63,855 nt of DNA from Negaprion brevirostris. Taxonomy: Eukaryota. Of the stretch, positions 53,085 through 63,855 are shown in pieces. Position 1 is the first letter of the stretch, and the number at the start of each line of letters is the position of its first letter. The notes beneath the pieces were generated by a model. The model was given only the letters and a program-made list of their open reading frames with translations, was not told where the DNA came from and searched no databases. The stretch lies in the NCBI GenBank assembly GCA_030324005.1, contig JARDVH010000163.1:54461411-54525265 (forward strand), given 5' to 3'. Position numbers and translations under genes: made by a program.

Positions 53085-53375
53085 TCCATTGGAATGCACT
53101 GCTTCCTCACCGCACCAGGGGTCTGGGTTCGATTCCGAGCTTACGTCACTGTCTGTGGAGTATGCACATTCTCCCTGTATTTGAACAGGTTTTCTCCGGG
53201 CTCTCCCGTTTCCTCCCACTATCTGAAAGATATGCTGATTAGGTGCATTGCCCATGCTAAATTCTCCCTCATTGTACCCTAACAGGTGCCAGAGTGTGGC
53301 ATCTCAGGGAGGTTTTCACATTAAGTTCAGTGCAGTGTTAATGTAAACTTACTTGTGACATTAATAAATAAACTT
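53085..53375 (+). mobile_element. tRNA-derived V-SINE (HE1-like)
   Basis: B-box GGTTCGATTCC; V core TGTGGAGTATGCACATTCTCCC...TTTCCTCCCAC; AATAAATAAA tail. Confidence 0.8.
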
Positions 53376-54889
53376 TAAGCTTTAAACTTGTAATCAGAAC
53401 TTTCAGAATACTTTGGATGTATATTCCTGAAAAGATATTTACTTATCAGGAGAATCGGAGGACTTCACGCAGACCATAATGGTCATTCAGAGAAGCCAAA
53501 GGCATACTGTTCAGTAACAAAGGATGAAGATAATGATAGTGGTTGTTATTTTCACTTGTACAGAAATTGTGGAAATAGTTCTGAATCATGAGTATTTGCT
53601 TGCCTTAACAGCAGTCTGCCATCAGTAGCTTTTTCTGTCATTTCCTAGTTCCTTACTCCCTTTCTCTTGTATCTGACTTTGGGCAGCCTTCAAGAATTAA
53701 TGAGTATGGGGTGGTCTGGCTGTGGTATGGCCCAGAGTGCTTGTTCTTGCATTCCAAAATCAATTCTGATTCCAGTGACACTGAGTGCGTCGTTCCTGAT
53801 CTGAGTCACTTGAATGGGTTTAAAACTATTTTTTTGCATTCAGGCACCATTGTATCCCATGTCTATTCGCGTACCGCTAGTATTGACGCAATTGACTCCT
53901 TTGCCAACATCTACATTTTTGTTTCTAACTTCATCCACTTACGAGTTTACAAAAGGTTGGATGATCTTTGATCTAAAGTGAACCCACAAGTTAGTTTTCC
54001 CAGGTTCCGAATATAACAATGACACGTCTGTGCAACATTCAAGATTTGGACTATTCCAGGTGTATACTCAACCAATTAAAGTGGCTGGGTATGTTACATG
54101 GATACATGGGTCCTGACATCGAGACCAATGGATTTTATTCTGTAGACTTCAATTTGGTACGACCTTTAGTAGGTAACCATAGTATCATAGATACCACAGT
54201 TTAATGCTGAAGTTCTCTATCTCCCCTTGTTAGATAGGATAACACAAGCCGTTGGCCCTTTTCCCACATAATTTCCCTCTAAACCATACTGTAAATCTGA
54301 TGTCGTTGACATATGTTGGAATGCAGCTGTTTTCTATGTCTTCCAGAACTTTTCACACCTGATCTACATATGCCATCTTGGGACAATGGCCTGAAAGGTT
54401 TCTTTCTCAGCTCCCTATTTGTCCTGAATTACGCTGTTTATGATAGCCTAACCTTTCACACCGCCATTAGCTTCTTCTGTTATGTTCATATTTTCAGACC
54501 CTTCTAAATCTGGCTATTCTCACCATCTTTTGTGGTCATGATTATTGTTCATGAAATCCTTCATAATTTTTGCAAAAAAAACATAAATTTCTCATTGGGA
54601 ATACAGATCTTTAGGAAGGGGGCTGCCTTTGACATGTAGGAGATGGGCACAATTTTGTATTCTATATTATTGTATGGTTGCTTGCATATTTGGGTAACCA
54701 CTTACCCATTGGTCATCCTACTTTCTAGGGCACTGTTAAGATTTCCTACCTCTACCTCTTCTATAATCCAGATCCCAAAGTAAACTGGAATATAGACTTT
54801 TAACATGGAGTTTAAATTTAAATTTTCCTGTTTGGTGCAGCATTTTCTCTGTTTCAATTTGGGTCAATTTTATGACTTGGGATTGTGAA

Positions 54890-55600
54890 AACAAAGTGTG
54901 CAGCAGGACCTGGGTGTCCTTGTGCACCAGTTGCTGAAGGTAATCATGCAAGTGCAGCAGGNNNNNNNNNNNNNNNNNNNNNNNNNNNNNNNNNNNNNNN
55001 NNNNNNNNNNNNNNNNNAGGGATGTGTTGTTGCAATTGTACAGACCTTGGTGAGGCCACTACTAGAATATTGTGTGCGGTTTTGGTCTCCTTTTTCTGAG
55101 GAAGGGTGTTCTTGGCCTTGAGTGAGTGAAGTGAAGGTTTACCAGGCTGATTCTGGGGGTAGTGGGACTGGTAAGAGGAGGGATCGACTAGGTTAGGATT
55201 GTTTTTGCTGGAGTTCAGACGACTGAGGGGAATCTCGTAGAGACTAATATTCTAACAGGATTAGACAGGCTAGGTGCAGGGAGGATGTTCCTGATGGTAG
55301 GGGAGTCTGGAATTGGGTCACAGTCTGAGGATTCAGGGTAGATCATTTAGGGCAGAGATGAAGAGACATTTCTTCACTTAGAATGCCGTGGAATTCATTA
55401 GCACAGGAAGTAGTTGATGTCAAAACATTGAATGTATTCAAGAGGCAGCTAGATATAGCATTTGGGGTGAATGGGATCAAAGGTTATGGGGAGAAAGCAG
55501 TATTAGGCTGTTGAGTTGGACAATCAGCCATGATTATAATGAATAGTGGAGCAGCCTCGAAGGGCCGTATGGCCCCCTCTTGCTTGATCTATGTTTCTAC
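54890..55600 (+). mobile_element. CR1 LINE 3' fragment
   Basis: TLVRPLLEYCVRFWSPF; ends in an ATCTATGTTTCTA-like tail. Confidence 0.85.
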
Positions 55601-56548
55601 TATGATCTTTATTGATGCAAGGAATTCTCATTTTTTTTACCCTACTGACCCAGCACATACTCTGTCATCCAATGTGAATGTAGGTGTTGCCATGTCTCCA
55701 AAACCATGCAGTTGCAGTCAATTATTAGTCCTTCTTCCCCTTCAAATGTCATCATTCTGTTGAAAAAAACCCATGGCCCAATCACATGTATGAAAAAAAG
55801 TCAATAAGAATTGGTTACATTGACAACTAACAAAATTACTGTTTACGCAGTCTCTTAGGAGGTGGCATTAGTTCTGGAGTTTCATTGCTGTTTGTAGGAC
55901 TTTGATCCTAGAGGAAGTTCAGCCAGGCCATGGATATCAGGAGGTATCATATCAGGGTACACATCTGTAAGGAAACAAGTACAGTGTTTACTTGTAGTTT
56001 TAACCGTAACATTGTGCAATTTCCTGTCATTACCTTTGCCTTTCATGCATGCTGGTGGATTGAGTAGGATAATCTACACAATTTTTCCACCATTCTTTTT
56101 AAAGTTCTGTTTCCTCTTTCCACCACACCAGAAGACACTGGATGACTGATGTGCAAATATTGTTTGCCAATAGATTTTGCATCTGGGGAAACATTTCTCC
56201 TGTCAAATGTGAATAGACAGTCATCGGTGAAAAAATGTGAGCAATGTCAGTCCCATCTACATATTGCCTCGCTCAATCAATTATTTTACAAGAGTACTGC
56301 TAATTGAGTTCTTGGCATACAAGTATAAACATTTTAACTATCAGATCAAATAGACTTAAGATCCTCCAGCTCTTTTTAACTGTATTCAACTTATGGATAA
56401 TTCTGAGTATTATTACTCCAATGCTCTACATTGCTCCTATCCAAATGTTGTTCTTTTTTATTTAAATTTCCCTTTTTTTAACTTTGATGAGATTCTGAGC
56501 GTTTAATTCTATCCTGATTTGTTTTAAAGCCAGTTTCTCAATAGAGTG

Positions 56549-59170
56549 TGGCCGAGATTCTCCCAGGAAAATTCTGAATGCTAAATACGTGTAAGAACTA
56601 GGGTAACCCCGGCCATTTTTTTTTTAGTGGAATTTCAGAACAAATCTCCAAAACTCTGAGCACTGCAGNNNNNNNNNNNNNNNNNNNNNNNNNNNNNNNN
56701 NNNNNNNNNNNNNNNNNNNNNNNNNNNNNNNNNNNNNNNNNNNNNNNNNNNNNNNNNNNNNNNNNNNNNNNNNNNNNNNNNNNNNNNNNNNNNNNNNNNN
56801 NNNNNNNNNNNNNNNNNNNNNNNNNNNNNNNNNNNNNNNNNNNNNNNNNNNNNNNNNNNNNNNNNNNNNNNNNNNNNNNNNNNNNNNNNNNNNNNNNNNN
56901 NNNNNNNNNNNNNNNNNNNNNNNNNNNNNNNNNNNNNNNNNNNNNNNNNNNNNNNNNNNNNNNNNNNNNNNNNNNNNNNNCACTGCAGAGTGCCCTATCA
57001 TGATTCACTGTGAAAATCAGGGGCCAGGCCTATTTCCACTGAAGAGACTGAAATCATGCTGATTAAGCCACTGTGCATGCGCTGATCTCTGGGAGATCAG
57101 TACACACCCTCCCAGCATTGAAATTGCTGGTGCCTTACTTCCCCCACAAACACTATTGGCTGAGAACCTTGAGCTTTGCACCTTTTCTCTTTTTCCCCAG
57201 CCCCTTTCACAGTACTTTGTTGAGTTGACCCAATCAGCACTTTTGGAAATAGCTCCACCTTCATTGAAACCAGGTTGCCTGTGCATTGTTCACCATGAAA
57301 ATTACCTAATGGTAATTGAGTGGCCCAAGCTGATTGCACCTGGACTCCCTTAACAAAGCAGCGCTGTATATAAGCTGTAGGTATGGACACGCAGGCAGTC
57401 ATGCCAGGAAAGTGGCACAGAAGAGAAGTACCACTGGATTCTGAGAGTTCAGGTCTGGCTGCTGGATGCCATGGAAGAGGTGCCAGGCCTCAAGGATCAG
57501 TCATCCCAAAGCTGGTGGAGATGTATCAGCACACCCTGATAATTGTGGGTAGGCTGTCAGTAACCATGCTGCAACTGCAAAGCTGTTTTGAGGAGTCAGA
57601 GTACTGTTGCAGGAGGTGATGCCAGCACAGCATAGTAACCAAGTCAACATTGCAAAGGTGGCATCTGCAGTGGAAAGTTTGGGTCAGGGACTTGCCCTCA
57701 TGGGTGACAGTGTGTGCAGACCATCTTGGAGACACAGCGGGCCATGGTTGAGGATGTTGCTGGCATTCTGGAGGCACATTGGGCCATATGTGTGGGAGGC
57801 ATGTTGTAGACTGGCCATGGCTGGAGCTCTCGCAGCGATTCTGGAGGCGGAGCAGTCACTGGCTGTGACTGTCATCGACACTCTCTGGGTATCATGCACA
57901 CAACTGCAAAATGATTACTGTGTGGTCACAGACTATCTGGTCATTGAGAGTGTGGAAGCCCTTCCTGTTGATAAATGGTTGCCCTTCACTTTCAAGGAGT
58001 GCATCCTATCCAGAGCTCCCTGCATATGGGGCATGCCAGCGATAGCGGTGAGGCCTGCAGCCCGGGCTTCCTGCTGCGTCTGGCCAATAGCAAAGTTGAT
58101 GTTCTGGCCTGCTCATCGTACAACTGTGACAGGTGCGCACACCTGTGCACAGAGGCTGGCAAAATGCCACAGATGTTCCCATTAGGCACCTGAAACGATC
58201 CATTGAAAATTCAGGGCTGCCATAACCTTCAGTTCCACTGGGAGCGGGTGCCCTCCCTTCTCCTGAGGTGCCAGATTTGCAAGAATAGGTGCTGCATCAT
58301 CTCCTTGCACAGGTGGAGATGACGCCAGCAGATGGCTTCAAACAGGCCCTCCTTGTCCTGTACAACCTCCATCTCTGCATTCTCCTTCCCTTGCCCTCCA
58401 CCCCCTCCCCCCGCTTGCAGGAGACTGTGTTGCCATTTCTTGGGTCTTACCTGCAGCCCCCTGCCCTCCCTCTGTAGGTTCTGCCACTGGCTGGTTTTGC
58501 AGTAGCCGTATGATTCCCTCCACCACCTGAGCTGCTGCTTCTTCAACAGCTGCAACCAGCTAGTTCTGGACCTATCAGTCTGAAATCCATCTGCACAGTG
58601 GGGGTGAGAAAGACAGGTGGATAGATACATGTATTTGCTTTTTACTATCTCAGTGGTACTATCTACCACTCCCCATGTCCCCCACCCCTCCCAAAATCCC
58701 TCCCTGGGACTGATGTTCCCATTTGTGGATGTTGGCAAACCACACAATCTGGGATGCCATTTGTCACCTAATTAGGTTGCCTGCCATTGGTATCATGGCC
58801 ATTGCGCAACCTTAAGACATCGCCATGGATGCTATTACAACATTCCCTTCAAAGCATGTGTTGCAGGTCAGGCACACGGGGCAGGTTCAGTCTTCTAAGT
58901 ATTACATTGAGTTCCCAGTCACTGCAGAATCTGTGCAGTTTGCATTTTGGGGGCGGCAACTCCATAACACTTAACTCCTTGTTCCTCTTCAGCGCTGCCA
59001 TGCTCGGTCCCCACTTTTATCATGCAATTATAAACACTGCCAGCATGATGTCACACTGGAGAGAGGGGGAGAATTCAGTCGTGGACCCACTAATTATGTG
59101 TAAAAGTATGGTAAAGCATGTAACTTGCCACAGTGCTGGAAAACTGAGGCTGGGAGACACTTGGAGGCCT
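56549..59170. mobile_element. Decayed PIF/Harbinger DNA transposon, copy 2 (internally deleted)
   Basis: Left end TGGCCGAGATTCTCCC. Colinear similarity to 5219-5890 and 7280-8085; for example GTGGAAGCCCTTCCTGTTGATAAATGGTTGCCCTTCAC is identical in both. Right end approximate. Confidence 0.8.
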
Positions 59171-60685
59171 GGCCACCCAGCGGGAGGCCTGTGAAACAGC
59201 CGCTACTGATGCGCGACTAGACTACATGGCCAGTAGAAATGCTCTACTGGCCATGTTAACCACTTCATGTCTTGTTTGTCAAGTAATTGCACATGACTGG
59301 GACCTGTTTTACAATGCAGTTCACAAAATATTTCCCAACCTTTGTCCATCTTTGAATGCATTTCCAGCCTATTTCTCCATATTAAATACTTCATAGGTAT
59401 CAAATCTGTACATCGACATTGTGTCCCAATATAATGCTGCAAATTTTTGATTCATGTAATCTTATGAAGTGGTCTTGAAGTCTTTGCTTATCTCTCCACG
59501 TATGGTCTCAATGCCTCAGGTGGTGACCAGACTATCAGCTTCAGTTTTCTTTTAAAACAAATCATTGGCAAGGACTCGAGCATCCTCAACAGGATGTTGT
59601 CTCAAGCTTTCCTTTCACTAGAACAAACATTGATATAAGATTTATAAATTATTCCATTTCCTGTCTGGAGCTGTGCCTTACCTATATCTTCTAAATGGTG
59701 TTTCCCATTAATTAGCATTCTACATGAGTCTTGGAGTAAATTACAGTTAAAAAAAAAATCGCATCTATCTACTATATGGTGTATCCCATGAATTAGCATA
59801 TTCTATCTCATTCATGAGTTCAAACTTTTCAGTAAAAATAATCACATCTTTAAAACCAATCAAACATTTCAATTTTATTTGCGGCATTAGCATATTTTGC
59901 TTCTTGTTCTTTCATGACATATTATGCTGATACTTTTCTATCTCAAAATTATCTCATTCAAATAACAATGTTGTTGAGCTAACAGGTTTCGTTGAATGTG
60001 TAATTTATTTTTTCCTCAAATTTTATTTTTACACCCATAGGAACCACCATTATAAACTGTGTGTGTCCTACTGTTTTTGTTTTTAATCTCTTGTTCTTCA
60101 CATTGAGCGGGTAATCCATTTGTTACATTTTAAAAAAGAAACAAAAAACATTGAAGTTCTGGTGAGGAGCTCAATGAGTTAATATGTTCAATCATATCTT
60201 GTCATGAACTTTATATCTGGGCAGTATTCATTTTTTTAAGTTTCATTTAAAATTGCAAAAGTGGTGTGGAGATTTTTTGGCATGGAGGTAGAATGCTGTC
60301 AGCAGAAAGGGTTAATTTCTCTGGGCTTCAGAAGGTAGAACAAACCATTGGACACTTGGAGTTGCATCACCTTGTGATTTTTTTTTAAAAATCTGTTCAA
60401 TCAAAGAGATCAAAGCATTGTTCTCAAACTCTGCTTTCTTAAATTGTTTTGTACTTTTCCCTCTCTCTTAATTCTTGCATATTTTTATTAGGAATTAAAA
60501 GCAAAAAATATTCCCCAGTTGCATTAATCTAAAGGGAAACATTTTGTATCTTAGATTAAACTTTACTTGCTCAAACCCATTTTTTNNNNNNNNNNNNNNN
60601 NNNNNNNNNNNNNNNNNNNNNNNNNNNNNNNNNNNNNNNNNNNNNNNNNNNNNNNNNNNNNNNNNNNNNNNNNNNNNNNNNNNNN

Positions 60686-61250
60686 TAGGTTGATTGGCCA
60701 TGCTAAAAATTGCCCTTAGTATCCTGCGATGCGTAGGTTAGAGGGATTAGTGGGTAAATATGTAGGGATATGGAGATAGGGCCTGGGTAGGATTGTGGTC
60801 GATGCAGACTCAATGGGTCGAATGGCCTCCTTCTGTACTGTAGGATTTCTATGATTAACCATAGTAAGTTGCCCCTTAGCATCCAAAGGTGTATTGGTTA
60901 GGTGGATTGGCCATGCTAAATTGCCCCTTAGTGTCCCAAGATATGTAGGTTAGATGAATCAGCTATAGTAAATTGCCTCTTAATGTACAAAGCTGTGCAG
61001 GGTAGGTGGATTGGCCATGCTAAATTGCTCCTTAGCTTCCAAAGATGTTTAGGTTAGATGGATTAGCCATGGTAAATGTGCGGAGTTACAGAGATAGGAT
61101 AGGGTGGAGGAATGGGCATAAGTAAGATGCTCTTTTGGAGAGTCAGTGCTGAATGGCCACTTTCTGCACGCTGGGATTCTATGGACGGGGCTGGTAAATT
61201 GTCACTTATACATTAGGTAGATTGGCCCTTCATGTCCAAAGATGTGTATG
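60686..61250 (+). repeat. V-SINE-derived tandem array (about 52-53 bp units)
   Basis: Repeated GGTTAGGTGGATTGGCCATGCTAAATTGCCCCTTAGTGTCCCAAGATATGT-like units. Confidence 0.75.
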
Positions 61251-61559
61251 TCATTATAGTGCTGGGTATTTGAAATTGAATTCAGTAAACCTAGGGTAAG
61301 GCTGCTGGATTGTTCACTCATGTCCTTCAGGGAGTTTAACATTGTTACCACTCCCTGGCCAGGTCTACTTGGCACTCAATTCCCACACCCTATGGTTGGC
61401 TTCTAATAGCTTCAGAGCAATGAGAGATGTGTCGTGAATACTGCCTTTCCAGTAACAGGCCCCTACGCAAGAGTGAATCTACTGAAGGTTGGGTGTGGTG
61501 CACTAGGAGATTGTGACTTTTGGGCTGGGGAAGCACAAGGTCAAACTGGAGAAAAACCA

Positions 61560-62205
61560 ACTTATGTCTGCATGTTTGGTTTCATCGATCAGAACATTGA
61601 ATACAGGAGCTAGAACGACATGTTGAAGTTGTACAAGACATTGGTAAGGCCACACTTGAAATACGGTGTACAGTTCTGTTCACTATTATAGAAAGGATAT
61701 TATTAAACTAGAAAACGTGCAGAAAAGATTTACTAGGATGCTACCGAGACTTGATGGTTTGAGTTAAAGGAGAGGCTGGATAGACTGAGACTTTTTTTCC
61801 TTGGAGCATAGAAGGCTTTGGGGTGATCTTATAGAGGTCTATAAAATAATGAGGGGCACAGATCAGCTAGAAAGTTATATATATTTCCCTAAAGTTAGGG
61901 GAGTCAAAAACTAGAGGGCATAGGTTTAAGGTGAGAGGGGAGAGATACAAAAGTGTCCAGAAGGGCAATTTTTTCACACAGGGTGGTGAGTGTCTGGAGC
62001 AAGCTGCCAGAGGTAGTAGTAGAGGCGGGTACAATTTTATCTTTCTAAAAGAATTTAGATAGTTACATGGGTAAGATGGGTGTAGAGGGATGTGGGCCAA
62101 ATACAAACAATTGGGATTAGCTTAGGGGCTTCTTAAAAAAGAAAGGGGCAGCATGGACAAGTTGGGCCGTAGGGCCTGTTTCCATGCTGTAAACCTCTAT
62201 GCTCT
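61560..62205 (+). mobile_element. CR1 LINE 3' fragment
   Basis: MLKLYKTLVRPHLKY.VQF; KDIIKLENVQKRFTRML; LWGDLIEVYKIM; CTCTATG tail. Confidence 0.88.
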
Positions 62206-62479
62206 AATCCTCCCAATTTAACTTTAAAATTGCACTTATTCCAAATTAAATGGAACATTTTATTGAATAATTCAACTTGGATTGTTGCCAGACATTTCAA
62301 GGTTTCGGAGTAAAACTTATCTCTTACAATATTTTCAAAACTCCTTAAACTAAAATGTTGATGTAAAATGTATGTTTAAATGAAATAATCAACATTTGTA
62401 TTGCTTCATGAGGTCATACCTGTACAGAGATACTGAGATAGAACTAGTGACAAACTTCTGCTTTCAACATTAAACCAGA

Positions 62480-63185
62480 CAAATTGGGGTTCGTTTCTGT
62501 TTAATGCAGAGATATGTGACTGATGCATTTTGGGAGGAAAAGTAGGGTGAGGTATTTTAAACTGAAGACTATAATTCTAAAGGGGTGCCAAAGCAGAGGA
62601 ACCTTGCGGTATACAAATTGTTGAAGGTGGCAATGCAGGTTGAGAAAGCAAATAAAATGTAGAGTCTTGGGTTTTACAAATAAGGGCACAGAATGCAAAA
62701 GTAAGGAAGTTATGTACTGTGTCCACTTCTGAGCTCTCAAATTAGGAAGACTTTAGAAAGGATGCAGAAAAGATTTGAGATTGTTCCATGTTTGAGGGAC
62801 TTGGATGGGATTATTCTCCTTTTGAGAAGAGAAGGGTGAGGGGAGATTTGATAAATGCATTCAAAAATCATCAGGGGTCTCTACAGAGTGGATAGGGAGG
62901 AACTGTTCCATTGGCAGAAATTCCAGATCCAGAGACCACAGTTTGAAATGATTTCCAAAAGAACCAAAAGCAATATGAGAGAAGCATTTTTACATGGATG
63001 ATTATGGCCTGAAATGTGCTGCCGGGGAGGGTGGTGGAGGCAAATTCAGTTATGGTTTTCAAAAGGGAATTGGGTAAGCAACTGAAATTGCTTTAAGGAA
63101 AGACCAAGAGAGCAAAATTGGCTAATTGCTCTTGCAGAGAGTTGATTGACCTCTTTTTCTGTTACAATGATTCTATGACTCTATG
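62480..63185 (+). mobile_element. CR1 LINE 3' fragment
   Basis: VMHFG-like motif; RVRGDLINAFK; ATTCTATGACTCTATG tail. Confidence 0.75.
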
Positions 63186-63604
63186 CAGCACTACCATGGT
63201 CCTTAAAGTGCCTGCTGAAGTCTACCACAAAAAAAATGGATCACATCTGTGGAAACAGAAATCATTAAATTTTCAGATCAACAACATTTTTTCAACAAGG
63301 TAAATTTATTATACAAAAAAAGCTGTGAGCAGCACATATTCTTTCTGGACTTGTGTTGAAGAGGTTTGTCGATTCCCAGCTGGGCCCTGGATTGTTTTCA
63401 GTGTCAGCAATTGTGAGTCAATATCTGGCCCAAGTACTCATTATACAAACAAAATTCAATGCTTTTATAAAGTTTATTAAAAATAAATTTAATTAGAACA
63501 AAAACTACCTTTCAAATTACCTTTTTAAAATTTAATTGCATTTAAGGGGTTAGGATGAAATAAATCTTTAAAAAAGAAGCAATGCATGTAATTTATAAGG
63601 GACG

Positions 63605-63855
63605 GAAGGGGAAGAAGTTGCAGTGAGACATTGATAGGTTGCAAGACTGGGCGAAGAAGTGGCAGATGGAGTTCAACCCACAAGTGTGAAGTGGTTCACT
63701 TTGGCAGGTCAAATAGGATGGCAGAATAAAATATTAATGGTAGGACTCTTGGCAGTGTGGAAGATCAGAAGGATCTTGGGGTCCGAGTTCATAGGGCGCT
63801 CAAAGCAACTGCACAGGTTGAAGCTGTGGTTAAGAAGGCATATGGTGTACTGGCC
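63605..63855 (+). mobile_element. CR1 LINE RT fragment running off the right edge
   Basis: RLQDWAKKWQMEFN..KCEVVHFG; DLGVRVHRALK..AQVEAVVKKAYGVLA. Confidence 0.85.

Noticed and set aside
53110-53140. tRNA-like B-box
   Set aside because: It is a SINE head with no complete cloverleaf.
53700-54510. Unique-looking segment with short ORFs (similarly 59200-59800)
   Set aside because: Frames contain stops, and I recognised no motif or splice structure.
60686-61250. CRISPR-like periodicity
   Set aside because: Eukaryotic context, no unique spacers, and the units derive from SINE sequence.
46200-63855. Exons of the expected downstream neighbour PPP2R3A
   Set aside because: No recognisable coding exon was found. 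Minus-strand AATAAA near 63.3-63.5 kb is not enough evidence.

Overview
Vertebrate genomic DNA, probably from a cartilaginous fish (inferred from V-SINE/HE1-like SINEs and abundant CR1/L2-type LINE remnants). It comes from a gapped draft assembly. Two genes sit head-to-head around a CpG island at about 33.6-35.4 kb. PCCB (propionyl-CoA carboxylase beta subunit) is on the minus strand; coding exons 1-9 are traced with in-phase GT-AG boundaries and the gene continues off the left edge. MSL2 (RING/CXC E3 ligase of the MSL complex) is on the plus strand, with 2 coding exons, about 590 aa and a long 3' UTR. The rest is largely decayed mobile DNA, including a PIF/Harbinger DNA-transposon family: two complementary copies carrying transposase and Myb/SANT remnants, plus non-autonomous derivatives with the same TIR. 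The most interesting signals are regulatory and all concern MSL2. They are a compact shared promoter with back-to-back ZNF143/THAP11 sites, a leader with three uORFs and an in-frame basic N-terminal extension, a triplicated motif at 189-190 bp spacing in intron 1, a possible intronic promoter, and U-rich 3' UTR tracts. Several N-gaps look like false gaps. I found no intact novel protein-coding system. Repeat boundaries are approximate.
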